Of a stretch of 64,000 nt of DNA, positions 20,023 through 29,766 are shown in pieces. This stretch comes from an uncultured archaeon. GTDB taxonomy: Archaea; Asgardarchaeota; Thorarchaeia; Thorarchaeales; Thorarchaeaceae. Location of the stretch: NCBI GenBank assembly GCA_964473825.1, contig CAYYQL010000001.1, positions 224,001-288,000 on the forward strand, in the 5' to 3' direction. The notes beneath the pieces are model-generated. The model was not told the DNA's origin, did no database searches, and saw only the letters and a list, made by a program, of their open reading frames with translations. The first letter of the stretch is position 1; every line of letters starts with the position of its first letter. The position numbers were made by a program, and so were the translations under genes.

Positions 20023-22014
20023 ATGATACTCGATGAGATACGAAAACCCGCATTGGAATTGGTATCCGGACGGAAAGCTACAGACTTTGTAGCCCGCATT
20101 TCACAGTTTCACAGGATTCAAGGTAGTCCAGGAATTCATGATGCAATACAGGCGGTTCGTGATCTGGCCGCGGAATACCCAGATGTCCAGACAGAGATCT
20201 TCTCTTATGACATCAAAGGGAAGGGATCAATCGAAACTTGGGATGATCTCTACGCGTGGTCGGCCAAATCAGCCAGTCTGGAATTACTCAGCCCTGAGCA
20301 ACGAATTCTCGCGGACTATGATTCTGAGCCTATCTCCCTTGTCGCTCACTCGCAGAAGGGAGAATATGAAGGAGAGGTTGTGTATGTGGGTAAGGGACTT
20401 GTTCCTGATGACTATAAAGATAGAGAAGTGAAGGGGAAACTGGTTCTTACGGAGTCCAAGGCCTCCCGGATACATCGCATGGCCGTCCTTGAACAGGGTG
20501 CTGCTGGAGTCCTGACCTTCACACCGCCAAGTGGCAATGATGAGATTGCACAGTTGCGGCGGTATGAGGGTTTCTGGCCTGAACCCGATAAGGGAGAACA
20601 GACAGGTATCGGTTTCTCACTCAAACACGCAGACGGAGTCAAGATGAAGGAGTGGCTCCAGAACGGGAAGAAAGTGAAAGTACGAGCCAGTGTCGATGCA
20701 GAACTTGGAGCGGGAAAAGCCGAGGTGCTATCAGCTCTCATTGAAGGCACCGATCCGTCCAAGGAGTACTGGTTTATCGCCCATATTTGCCACCCCCATC
20801 CGGGCGCTAACGACAACGCATCTGGAGCAGGAGCCATCCTTGAGACTCTCCGGGTGATATCTCGACTCATCGGAGAAGGGACCATCAAAAAGCCAAAACA
20901 CTCCCTTAGATTCCTGTGGGTTCCAGAATGGCATGGAACGATACAGTTCATAGACTCAGAAAAGGAGCTCTTGACAAGATGCAAGGGCGTTGTAAACGTT
21001 GACATGGTCGGCGCGGATCCCTCTAAGTCAGGCGCCACCACGCATCTCTTCAGAACACCGTATTCTGTCCCCTCCACACTGAACAATGTCGTCAAGCATT
21101 ATCTCTCGGAGCTGGCAGGCAACGAACGGAAGGATTCAGATGGAGGTACTCGATGCCCCCTAGCTTGGAAGTATGACAAGTACACAGCCGGCAGCGACCA
21201 CTTCATGTTCACTGACTCAACTCTTGGCATTCCAGCCGTAATGCTGAACCAGTGGCCAGACAGGTTCTACCACACCTCAGAAGACACACCGGACAAGATA
21301 TGTGAACGCCAGATGAGATATGTGTCAAGTGTGCTGGTCTTGACAGGTCTTAGTCTTGCAATGCCGAGCTATGTTATCAAGGAGGAAGTTCTTGCCTCCT
21401 GTAGAAACGAAACAATAGATATAGTTCAGAGAGTCGGATTCCGAGGAGTTCGCGAGCTATCAAGATGTGTAGACGACCCCGAGAAGCTCTATCCGAGGTA
21501 CATGAGATGGCTCGAGTATGCATTTGAACTCGGCCGCAGAACTCTGGAAAAGGCAGCCGAAGAATGGCCCCTCATCTCGGAGCAGAAGGCGCTATTGCAA
21601 TCATTGAAGGCAAGTCTTGAGATGTCGTACACTACCGAGATGATGGTGCTCAGGAAGGCATACGAGGGTGCATGCGCAGAGGTGGGCCTAGAGGCAAAGG
21701 ATGAGGACCAGCTCAAACTCGATCCCAGCGCATTTGATATCGAGGTCAAGAGGAATCTCAAGTATGCGCTGTCACCAACTTACATCATCAAAGAAAAGCC
21801 TGAGAAGCTGGCAGAATATGCCCCTCTCTTGGAAGAAGACCCCCGAATCATGAACAGGGTTGATGAGATGTTGAATCTATCAGAAGATTGGACTCCCCTT
21901 TCCGACATCTATGACAGGCTATGCTTCCAATTTGGCTCGTTCAACCCAGAGACTCTCTCAATGCTTGTAAGAGACCTTGAAGATGCTGGTATTCTAGAAA
22001 CTCGGGAGATGTAG
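20023..22014 (+). CDS. M28 family aminopeptidase-like protein with PA domain (DUF4910)
   Basis: FHRIQGSPG, AHICHPHPGANDNASG, WVPEWHGT, NVDMVG, GSDH, YHTSEDT; start moved to ATG 20023. Confidence 0.85.
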   Translation: MILDEIRKPALELVSGRKATDFVARISQFHRIQGSPGIHDAIQAVRDLAAEYPDVQTEIFSYDIKGKGSIETWDDLYAWSAKSASLELLSPEQRILADYDSEPISLVAHSQKGEYEGEVVYVGKGLVPDDYKDREVKGKLVLTESKASRIHRMAVLEQGAAGVLTFTPPSGNDEIAQLRRYEGFWPEPDKGEQTGIGFSLKHADGVKMKEWLQNGKKVKVRASVDAELGAGKAEVLSALIEGTDPSKEYWFIAHICHPHPGANDNASGAGAILETLRVISRLIGEGTIKKPKHSLRFLWVPEWHGTIQFIDSEKELLTRCKGVVNVDMVGADPSKSGATTHLFRTPYSVPSTLNNVVKHYLSELAGNERKDSDGGTRCPLAWKYDKYTAGSDHFMFTDSTLGIPAVMLNQWPDRFYHTSEDTPDKICERQMRYVSSVLVLTGLSLAMPSYVIKEEVLASCRNETIDIVQRVGFRGVRELSRCVDDPEKLYPRYMRWLEYAFELGRRTLEKAAEEWPLISEQKALLQSLKASLEMSYTTEMMVLRKAYEGACAEVGLEAKDEDQLKLDPSAFDIEVKRNLKYALSPTYIIKEKPEKLAEYAPLLEEDPRIMNRVDEMLNLSEDWTPLSDIYDRLCFQFGSFNPETLSMLVRDLEDAGILETREM

Positions 22015-22017
22015 AGC

Positions 22018-22506
22018 TTGGCCGACAGATGGTGGCCATACGACAAGGTTGTCTTTGCCGGAACCTTTGATCATCTCCATGAGGGACACAAGCACCTGCT
22101 GAGGACAGCATTGAGTCTCGGCCAACATGTCGCAGTAGGTCTCACAACCCAGAAGCTCCTTCAGGAGAAAGACATGAACGACAAGATGGAGAGTTATCAG
22201 GAGAGAGAAGAGGCTCTGTGGGAATTTCTGGAGTCGGAAGAACAGGCGGGGCGATGCACAATCTTTCCTATTAACACTGTAGAGGGCGGAGCAGACGAGA
22301 TGGAGGACTTGGATGCTCTGATAGTTTCTGATGAGATCCGTGTGGTCAAGAATGCATTCAGAATCAATGACCTCAGGGCTGAGAATAATCTGAAAAGGTT
22401 CCATATCATCGTGGTACCAAGAGTACGTACAAAGGACGGAAGACCTCTCTCTTCATCAAGACGACGCAAGGGAGAGAAGTTCGATGGTGTTCAACTGATC
22501 TACTAG
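22018..22506 (+). CDS. coaD: Phosphopantetheine adenylyltransferase (archaeal/eukaryotic type)
   Basis: AGTFDHLHEGH, LIVSDE, INDLR, LSSSRRR. Confidence 0.88.
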   Translation: MADRWWPYDKVVFAGTFDHLHEGHKHLLRTALSLGQHVAVGLTTQKLLQEKDMNDKMESYQEREEALWEFLESEEQAGRCTIFPINTVEGGADEMEDLDALIVSDEIRVVKNAFRINDLRAENNLKRFHIIVVPRVRTKDGRPLSSSRRRKGEKFDGVQLIY

Positions 22507-22540
22507 TAGTAGGTATCCACGTGTCATAAATTGACATACG

Positions 22541-23806
22541 TCAGAGCGGTTCAAAGAACCGGGCGTCGGTATAGGCATTTTGAAAGAAAGCATCGCTCTC
22601 GAAGTCCACATATTGGAGTTGTCTGCGAATCCTCTCAAGATCTTGTAAGGAATCGGGAGAAAGGAGAAGACGGTCTGCACCCCTTATCGCAGCAGACTCG
22701 GCGCGCTCGAATACTGCATTGTGTAGTTTCGGAAAGAGCCCTATCTCAACCGAATCATCGATGTTAAGATTCATACCAAAGGCCCCGGATATATGCACGC
22801 CGCAGACTTCATCCGTGTCAAGTCCACTGTGCGCCAAGAGTGACATAACTGATGCTCCGATGGCCGCTTTTGACTCTTGAAGCATCCTGACATCATGTTG
22901 GCTTATGTAAACTGGTCGTCCAGTTCCGGAGTCCACTGCCTGAGATAGGACGTAGGATCTGGAATGCCCAAATTCTGTCAACCAGAGTGAATCGGTAGAT
23001 CTGTCAAGTGAACCAGTTCTATCCATGAGTCCTTTACGTCTTAGCTCCGCGAGCACTGACACAGCCCCTGTGCCACAGATACCGATGGGCCTCTCGCCAG
23101 CAAGCGTTTCGTTTTGAGGACGGAGTGTCTGAGAGTCTATGGAAGTCACGACTATGCTGCCGGGAACAGCCTCAACACCACAGTCCAGACTCATTCCTTC
23201 AAATGCTGGCCCAGATGCTGCAGAGCCAATGCATCCCTTTCCATCTTTGAAAACAGATACTTCAGTATTTGTTCCGACATCAATGAAGAGGTCAGATTCC
23301 AAATGTTCCAACACCTTGAATCCTAGCAACATGCACAATGCATCAGAGCCAACAAAGGATTGGAGAGGAGCTGGTGTATAGTAGACTCCACTAGATCCCT
23401 CCCAGATGTTGAGATCTGAAATCTCACCTCGTTCTGGCTCATGCACCTGCGACTCATAGGGTGGGTCAAGAAGTGAGTCAACGGCATGGTCGAAGAAGAG
23501 ATGATGCATGACAGTATTTCCAACCAGCACGGCGCGTTCGATTGCAGAAGTGTCTGAACCAAGCCGATAGAGGAGTTGAAGCACTGTATCGCCAACAGCA
23601 CTCCGAATCATCTCTCGAGTCTCTCTTCTATGGGCATCGGATTTAGTACTGTATCGCGCCCGCGTCATGATGTCTAAACCAATCTGGTTCTGCGGGTTTG
23701 GGAGAGATGCATCTGCCACAAGAGCAGTATGCTCCAAGTCCAGAAGATGTATTCGTATCGTGGAAGTGCCAAGGTCAACCGAGAGTCCTAGTTTCGACGG
23801 TCCCAA
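22541..23806 (-). CDS. ASKHA ATPase, RACo/DUF4445 corrinoid reductive activator-like, without N-terminal Fe-S domain
   Basis: VDLGTSTI, NPQ, VGNTVMHHL, FVGSD, DVGTNTEV, AASGPAFEG, GICGTG, SGAFG. Confidence 0.85.
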   Translation of the reverse strand: MGPSKLGLSVDLGTSTIRIHLLDLEHTALVADASLPNPQNQIGLDIMTRARYSTKSDAHRRETREMIRSAVGDTVLQLLYRLGSDTSAIERAVLVGNTVMHHLFFDHAVDSLLDPPYESQVHEPERGEISDLNIWEGSSGVYYTPAPLQSFVGSDALCMLLGFKVLEHLESDLFIDVGTNTEVSVFKDGKGCIGSAASGPAFEGMSLDCGVEAVPGSIVVTSIDSQTLRPQNETLAGERPIGICGTGAVSVLAELRRKGLMDRTGSLDRSTDSLWLTEFGHSRSYVLSQAVDSGTGRPVYISQHDVRMLQESKAAIGASVMSLLAHSGLDTDEVCGVHISGAFGMNLNIDDSVEIGLFPKLHNAVFERAESAAIRGADRLLLSPDSLQDLERIRRQLQYVDFESDAFFQNAYTDARFFEPL

Positions 23807-23853
23807 AGATGATACATCCGTTTACCGGGTAACATGAAGATGAATCGTAGAGG

Positions 23854-24303
23854 CTATCGGACAATGAGGACTGGACATGTAGCGTCCTTGGTGACCTTAT
23901 CACTGACAGAGCCAACAAAGAGCCTCTTGATTCCACTGACCCCACGAGACCCCATTATGATCATATCCACATCCCGTTCTTCAGCTATCTCAATAATCCT
24001 ACCAGCAGGGTCTCCATGCGAGATCAGATCCGTTACCTCACACCCGTGCTCCTCAGCTAGTCTCTTGGATTTCTTCAGTATGTCCTCACCCACCTTCTGA
24101 AGAGCAAGGAACGGCTGATCGGAGACTGTATCTTGATAGGGGGTCGCACTCACCAGCATGGGAACCACGTACAACAGAAGAACGTCGGCCCCCAGAGGAG
24201 GCCCTATGGCAGAACCATATAGGACGGCCTTGTCTGAGTGTTCGGAACCATCTACCGCTATAAGGATCGTCTTGATTTCAACCGGTTCTAAATCGCTGGT
24301 CAT
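23854..24303 (-). CDS. Universal stress protein (UspA family)
   Basis: ILIAVDGSEHS, GDPA, IIMGSRG, FVGSVSDKV, CPVLIVR. Confidence 0.95.
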   Translation of the reverse strand: MTSDLEPVEIKTILIAVDGSEHSDKAVLYGSAIGPPLGADVLLLYVVPMLVSATPYQDTVSDQPFLALQKVGEDILKKSKRLAEEHGCEVTDLISHGDPAGRIIEIAEERDVDMIIMGSRGVSGIKRLFVGSVSDKVTKDATCPVLIVR

Positions 24304-24436
24304 CTATTACCGTCTCTCATAAGCCAGATAGATGATAGCCTATATCTCTCTTTCTCCAGACAGGTATCTCTAGACCATAGATGCGTTTAATACCAAAGGT
24401 GAACAAATCAGACAGCTAATGAGGACTTGATGCACA

Positions 24437-24670
24437 TTGAGAATCGGTGGCACCCAATACTCGCTAGAGAAAAAATCACATGCTCTCAAATTAAAGAAAG
24501 CTGGTAAGGTCGTAGAGGATTTCAATTACAAGGACCGGATCATCTCTGAAGTAACCGATGACGTCTGGAGTTCTCTGAAACGCAAAGGCGTCACTGTGAA
24601 CAAGGACGCGTTGAAGGAAACAATCCAGAGCTTGTTTCCTGGCGTGCGCCGACACGGGCCACTGAAATGA
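24437..24670 (+). CDS. Small basic hypothetical protein
   Basis: 77 aa, Lys-rich, fills the gap between usp and glyS, TTG start. Confidence 0.65.
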   Translation: MRIGGTQYSLEKKSHALKLKKAGKVVEDFNYKDRIISEVTDDVWSSLKRKGVTVNKDALKETIQSLFPGVRRHGPLK

Positions 24671-24677
24671 ACGAGAG

Positions 24678-26186
24678 TCACTGAAGCGATTCGAACTCGA
24701 CTCGGCCTCGAACCAAGTTCCTCAGTGTCATTACGAGGTTCTCACGCCTGACTCTAACCTGCTCCATGGAGTCTCGCTCTCTTATGGTGACAGTTGTATC
24801 CTCCAGTGTATCGTAATCAACTGTGACACAGAATGGAGTTCCGATTTCATCTTGACGACGGTATCTTCGTCCTATGGAACCGCCTTTATCAAAATAGACA
24901 ATCAGACCACTGTCATTGATTTCTTCGTATATCTCGAGGGCAGGCTCCATGAGCTCGTCCTTTCCCATGAGAGGGAAGACAGCGACCTGAATGGGCGCGA
25001 CCTCAGGGGCAAACTTCAACCAGACCCGCTCTTCATCCTCCGCATAGGCATTGTCAATTAGTGCATAGAGAGGTCGTTCTACCCCGAATGCAATCTCTAG
25101 TACATTGGGAACAACGGGCTTCTTGTTCACCTTGACTGAAAGATTCTCACCTGAGTACTCCTGATGGCGCTTTAGGTCATAATCACCACGATCATGAACT
25201 CCACAACACTCAACCCAGCCGAAGCTTCGCGTCAGGATCTCGACATCCCATGCGTCGATGGCATAATGAGCTTTCTCGTTCTCAAGATGCTGACGTAGTC
25301 TTATTGCGTTCTTGGGAAATCCCATCCCTGAGAATATCAGATAAGCAAGATGCACACACCATGCATAGGCTTGACTGTGGAAGTATCCTTTCTTGAGGGC
25401 ATCGCCCACTGATATCCACATAACATCCTTATGGTCCGTCTTCTGAATCTCTGCAGGGAGAAGAGGAATCTCTTCATTCTTGACCAACTCAAAGCTAGGC
25501 CATTCTTTCGCGTCCGATTCAACGAGGAATATCTGTCCTTCAACCTGAGTAAACTCTCGCAATCGTAACATGCCCTGTCTGGGCGATATCTCATTACGAT
25601 AGGCCTTGCCAATCTGAAACACGGATCCTGGAAGCTTCTGTCTAAAGAACGTCAGGAGCCTCTTGAACAAGAGATAGGTGGAAGTAGCAGTCTCGGGTCT
25701 CATATATGCCTCCTGATCCAGACCGAGCTCAGTCTTCAGCATGAGATTGTATTCCTGAACAGGGCCCAGCTCGCCCTTGCAGGAAGGGCATACAATCTCT
25801 AACTGCTCTATCTTCTCTGTGAGCTCGTCAATGTTCAGCCCTGCTACCTTCTCTTCAGGGTTGAACTCCTCAATCAGATTGTCTGCACGATAGGTCTGAC
25901 CGCATTTCTTACATTCAGTAATAGGATCAATGAATCCTTCAATGTGACCTGATGCCTCCCAGACAACCCTGGGAGAAACTGTGGGGCATTCCACTTCCCA
26001 GAAGTCCGATTTGACGAAGGCAGTGCGAATGACGGCCTCGAGTCGATTCTTGAGAAGCTTTCCTAGAGGACCCAAGTCATAGAAACCAGCGCTTCCCCCA
26101 TAGATCTCAGGGGAGGGTCCCCAGAAGAAACCTCTCTTCTTGCTCAGGCCATATATTGTCTCGGCAAAGTCTGCTTCTGAAGTCAT
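24678..26186 (-). CDS. glyS: Glycyl-tRNA synthetase (homodimeric archaeal/eukaryotic type)
   Basis: EIYGG..FYDLGP, MRPETA, YRNEISPRQGMLRLREFTQ, SIGRRYRRQDEIGTP. Confidence 0.96.
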   Translation of the reverse strand: MTSEADFAETIYGLSKKRGFFWGPSPEIYGGSAGFYDLGPLGKLLKNRLEAVIRTAFVKSDFWEVECPTVSPRVVWEASGHIEGFIDPITECKKCGQTYRADNLIEEFNPEEKVAGLNIDELTEKIEQLEIVCPSCKGELGPVQEYNLMLKTELGLDQEAYMRPETATSTYLLFKRLLTFFRQKLPGSVFQIGKAYRNEISPRQGMLRLREFTQVEGQIFLVESDAKEWPSFELVKNEEIPLLPAEIQKTDHKDVMWISVGDALKKGYFHSQAYAWCVHLAYLIFSGMGFPKNAIRLRQHLENEKAHYAIDAWDVEILTRSFGWVECCGVHDRGDYDLKRHQEYSGENLSVKVNKKPVVPNVLEIAFGVERPLYALIDNAYAEDEERVWLKFAPEVAPIQVAVFPLMGKDELMEPALEIYEEINDSGLIVYFDKGGSIGRRYRRQDEIGTPFCVTVDYDTLEDTTVTIRERDSMEQVRVRRENLVMTLRNLVRGRVEFESLQ

Positions 26187-26301
26187 ATCACAATACCAAA
26201 CGCAGGTCTGCGGGGCTATTTCTTAAACCTATGGTCTTGACACCTGAGCGGACACAGGTCTTATTAGGCAACTGCCGAAGAACCTTCTTGCGGGATGGAA
26301 T

Positions 26302-27570
26302 ATGGTTGAAGACTCCAGAATTTCGGGCTATTATAAGCTCTCCAGAGAAGAGAGAGTCAAACGGCTCAAGAAACTGACTGGCCTCTCCGAAGAAGAGATG
26401 GCACCCCTTGTCAATCCCTGTGAAGTAGACATGGACATTCTTGATCACATGATAGAGAATGTTGTTGGCACCATGACACTCCCACTTGGCATCGCCACGA
26501 ATTTCCGCGTAAATGACAAAGACTATCTCATTCCTATGGCGATTGAAGAGCCATCTGTGGTTGCTGCCGCTAGTAATGCAGCGAGGATTGCTCGCTCTCA
26601 CGGAGGATTTCACGCGACAGACAGTGGATCGGTGATGATAGCTCAGATCCAAGCGGTCCAAGTACCCGCACCCTTCGAAGCGAAGGTTAGAATACTTGAG
26701 GAAAAACGTGACATTATCGACTTGGCGAATGAGCAGGATCCGATTCTTGTAAAATTCGGAGGTGGAGCAAGAGACGTCCGAGTCCGCGTCATCGACTCAA
26801 GTGTGGGACCCATGCTCATAACCGAACTACTCGTTGATACAAGAGACGCAATGGGGGCAAATGCCGTCAACACCATGGCCGAGGCCATAGCACCCAAGAT
26901 TGAGAAGATATCAGGAGGGAAGGTCCTGCTTCGTATTCTCTCCAATCTTGCAGATTTACGATTGGTGAACGCGAGGGCAGTATTCGACAAGGAGATGCTG
27001 GGCGGAGAAGAAGTGGTTGATGCCATCATCGCAGCATGGGCATTTGCCGAGGCCGATCCCTATCGTTGTGCCACTCACAACAAGGGAATCATGAACGGAA
27101 TCGACGCAGTTGTGATAGCAACCGGCAATGATTTCCGAGCCATTGAGTCGGGAGCTCACTCCTTTGCTGCAAAAGACGGCTATAGCTCCCTCACCAAATT
27201 CGAAAAGACATCCGAAGGGCACCTTGCAGGAAGCATAGAGATACCGATGGCCGTTGGTCTTGTTGGAGGAGCCACCAAGGTCCATCCAGTCGCACGAGCA
27301 TGTGTCAGGATTCTAGGAGTAGAAACCTCAACAGAGCTCGGTCATGTGATTGCCTCAGTGGGTCTCGCTCAGAATGTTGCCGCGCTGAGAGCCCTAGCTT
27401 CAGAGGGCATCCAGAAGGGACACATGGCACTGCATGCAAGGAATGTCGCGGCCACAGCAGGGGCAAAAGGCGACGAGATCGAGAAAGTGGCAGCACAGCT
27501 TGTGAAAGAAGAGCGAATCAATGTGGAGAGAGCAAAGGAAATTCTTGCAGAGCTCGAGTTGTCCGAATAA
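26302..27570 (+). CDS. mvaA: HMG-CoA reductase, class II
   Basis: MIENVVG, EEPSVVAAAS, DAMGAN, ILSNL, THNKGIMNG, GIQKGHMALH. Confidence 0.94.
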   Translation: MVEDSRISGYYKLSREERVKRLKKLTGLSEEEMAPLVNPCEVDMDILDHMIENVVGTMTLPLGIATNFRVNDKDYLIPMAIEEPSVVAAASNAARIARSHGGFHATDSGSVMIAQIQAVQVPAPFEAKVRILEEKRDIIDLANEQDPILVKFGGGARDVRVRVIDSSVGPMLITELLVDTRDAMGANAVNTMAEAIAPKIEKISGGKVLLRILSNLADLRLVNARAVFDKEMLGGEEVVDAIIAAWAFAEADPYRCATHNKGIMNGIDAVVIATGNDFRAIESGAHSFAAKDGYSSLTKFEKTSEGHLAGSIEIPMAVGLVGGATKVHPVARACVRILGVETSTELGHVIASVGLAQNVAALRALASEGIQKGHMALHARNVAATAGAKGDEIEKVAAQLVKEERINVERAKEILAELELSE

Positions 27571-27647
27571 TCGAACACCTTTACGAAATATCCCGAAGTT
27601 GTTCGCACCAGCAACATATTTGTACAGCACACCTCTAAATAGACGAA

Positions 27648-28430
27648 ATGAGTCAGTGGGAAACAGGTCTAGCTGATATTACAGGGGTCGAACACGATAT
27701 GGAAGACGAATGCTCTCAGTGGGAAAGACTAGCCGGCGAATTTGCAGAAGCAGAGAAATTCTACCAAGCTGGCAATCAATACAAACAGGCTGCTGAATGC
27801 TACTTGGACAGGGCCATAGCCATGACCAGACTCGCTGCCGAGAACTATCACATTCACGCTGAAACAAGCGTAGAGAAAGACGACTACAAGACCGCCGCAC
27901 GAGCGTATTTTAAGGCGGCAAGTCAATACCGAAAAGTCAGTGAACACGATACTGCACTTACGCTTTTTGAAAACGCGGCCGAGTATGCACTAGAGGAAGA
28001 CATGATTGAAACAGCGGCGCAGGCCTACCTCTGGGCAGCGTATGCGTGCCATAGACTCGACAACAGGGAGTACTTCCTTACGTGTGCAAAGAACATGGGT
28101 GAGCTGTACAATCAGGCTGCAGAGAGGGCACTTCAAGATGGGAAGGCCGAGAGAGCCGTGATTGACCTATCCCTTGCTGCCATGGGGTATGCAACTATCG
28201 AACAGAAGGATACGGCCCGCGAGAGCATTGCAAAGGCAGAGAAGATAATTGACAAGACTCGATGGGGCTGGTTGAAAACCCTGATGTCATTTAGTAAGGC
28301 TCTAACAGAGGGGCATCTTGAAACGGCAGAGGACATACACAGGTCTTTCAATGAAGAAGAAACAATCCAAGAAGTCATGGGCGCCTGCCTAGACATACTG
28401 CATGAGAGGCGGAAGAAGAAAGGAGCCTAG
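27648..28430 (+). CDS. Alpha-SNAP/TPR-like all-helical protein
   Basis: Repeated helical hairpins (AGNQYKQAAECY, AARAYFKAASQY, ALTLFENAAEY, AAQAYLWAA). Confidence 0.7.
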   Translation: MSQWETGLADITGVEHDMEDECSQWERLAGEFAEAEKFYQAGNQYKQAAECYLDRAIAMTRLAAENYHIHAETSVEKDDYKTAARAYFKAASQYRKVSEHDTALTLFENAAEYALEEDMIETAAQAYLWAAYACHRLDNREYFLTCAKNMGELYNQAAERALQDGKAERAVIDLSLAAMGYATIEQKDTARESIAKAEKIIDKTRWGWLKTLMSFSKALTEGHLETAEDIHRSFNEEETIQEVMGACLDILHERRKKKGA

Positions 28431-28440
28431 AAGCCCAATA

Positions 28441-29691
28441 CTAATCAACATGGACAATCCCTGTCTTCTCAAGGTCAACAGATCCGTCGGCCGATTTTGC
28501 TGTCACGACCAAGGACTGGTCCCCAATTTGCACTGCCCGGATGTAGAACTGCAGTCTCATGTTCTCCCCCACACCTACGAACTGGATAGACTTCGATTCA
28601 CTTCCGATGGATATCTCTAGCCCAGGCGTGAGCTTCAATTCCACATTGATATTGTTTGCAGCGCCTCGGCCTTTATTGAACAACTCGATGTCGAAGACGA
28701 GCTCATCCCCTAGTCCGCAGGTGATATCAGCGGGGGTAAGCTGAATGTCAACATCCGATGGAGCGGGCTCTATGTCAAATCGGAGTGTGTTGCTGTGTTT
28801 GTTCACCAGAACTTCTTGACCTTCGAGTGTCAGTCTTATCGGACCCAGTACCCCGTCACCACTCAACACCGGATTAATCACCATCAACCAAGAGCCTGTC
28901 TTGGAAAGCTTACTATCTATGTCAGGCTCACTTACCAGACTGAGGCTGTTCGACAGACTGAAGCGCTTGTCTACAACTCGTACAGGAACAGGGCATTCGT
29001 ATCTTAACTCGAACTCAATGGGGGTCCTTGACTTAACACTCTCTCTGCGTTGTCCAGCCCACTCTAGGACCACTTCGGTCTGCTGAGCCCGTCGTACTGA
29101 GGCAACTACAAACTCAATCAGTGGCTTCTCCCTCTCATCAGGTTTGAAACGGCGAACCGCATCGTCAATTTCCTTTGCCGGAATCTCGTCTCCTTCACAG
29201 AGAACTCCAACAGCAATCCGTGCAAGCTCGTGGGCATGACCGGGACTGCCACTGGACCCGCTGAGTCGTTTTGTTGATTTCTTGAAGAGGTTAACAGCTG
29301 TATCGAAACTCCTAGCGGCTAGGTGACAGAGTGCAGCAATTGCCAATGCACGAGTAGACTCACTCGGCTTCTTCTGTCGAAACAGGTGGTCTGCAGCCTC
29401 CGAATAGAGAGAACCTGCTTGCGGGTACTGCGCGTCCTGAGCAAGGAGCCTTCCCGCCTCCTGCTTCATGCGGGCAGCACGAACGTGATCTTCGTATTCC
29501 AGTGCGCAATATGCAGACTCTCTGTAGTACTTGACAGCGAAGTCGATCTGCTCCGCCTCGACGAATAGACTTGCAGCCTTCTCGTACTCACTACTCGCGT
29601 AATCGGGATAACCCTCTACGGCCTCGTCAAGTGCCTTCTCGACATGTTTTTTGGCTTTGCTCTCTGGGTCTCTTCGAAAGAAGCTGAACAT
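28441..29691 (-). CDS. SNAP/TPR-like solenoid fused to two Ig-like (CARDB-type) domains
   Basis: YEKAASLF, AVKYYRESAYC, AGSLYSEAADH; C-terminal FDIELFNKGRGAANNINVEL beta-sandwich pattern; start at ATG 29691. Confidence 0.72.
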   Translation of the reverse strand: MFSFFRRDPESKAKKHVEKALDEAVEGYPDYASSEYEKAASLFVEAEQIDFAVKYYRESAYCALEYEDHVRAARMKQEAGRLLAQDAQYPQAGSLYSEAADHLFRQKKPSESTRALAIAALCHLAARSFDTAVNLFKKSTKRLSGSSGSPGHAHELARIAVGVLCEGDEIPAKEIDDAVRRFKPDEREKPLIEFVVASVRRAQQTEVVLEWAGQRRESVKSRTPIEFELRYECPVPVRVVDKRFSLSNSLSLVSEPDIDSKLSKTGSWLMVINPVLSGDGVLGPIRLTLEGQEVLVNKHSNTLRFDIEPAPSDVDIQLTPADITCGLGDELVFDIELFNKGRGAANNINVELKLTPGLEISIGSESKSIQFVGVGENMRLQFYIRAVQIGDQSLVVTAKSADGSVDLEKTGIVHVD

Positions 29692-29766
29692 GAGATTTAA
29701 CTCCACTTGATACCAATAGACTCGTTAGTGGCCTCAAGAGGTGTTTTATCGCTTTCGGCCGTGGTG

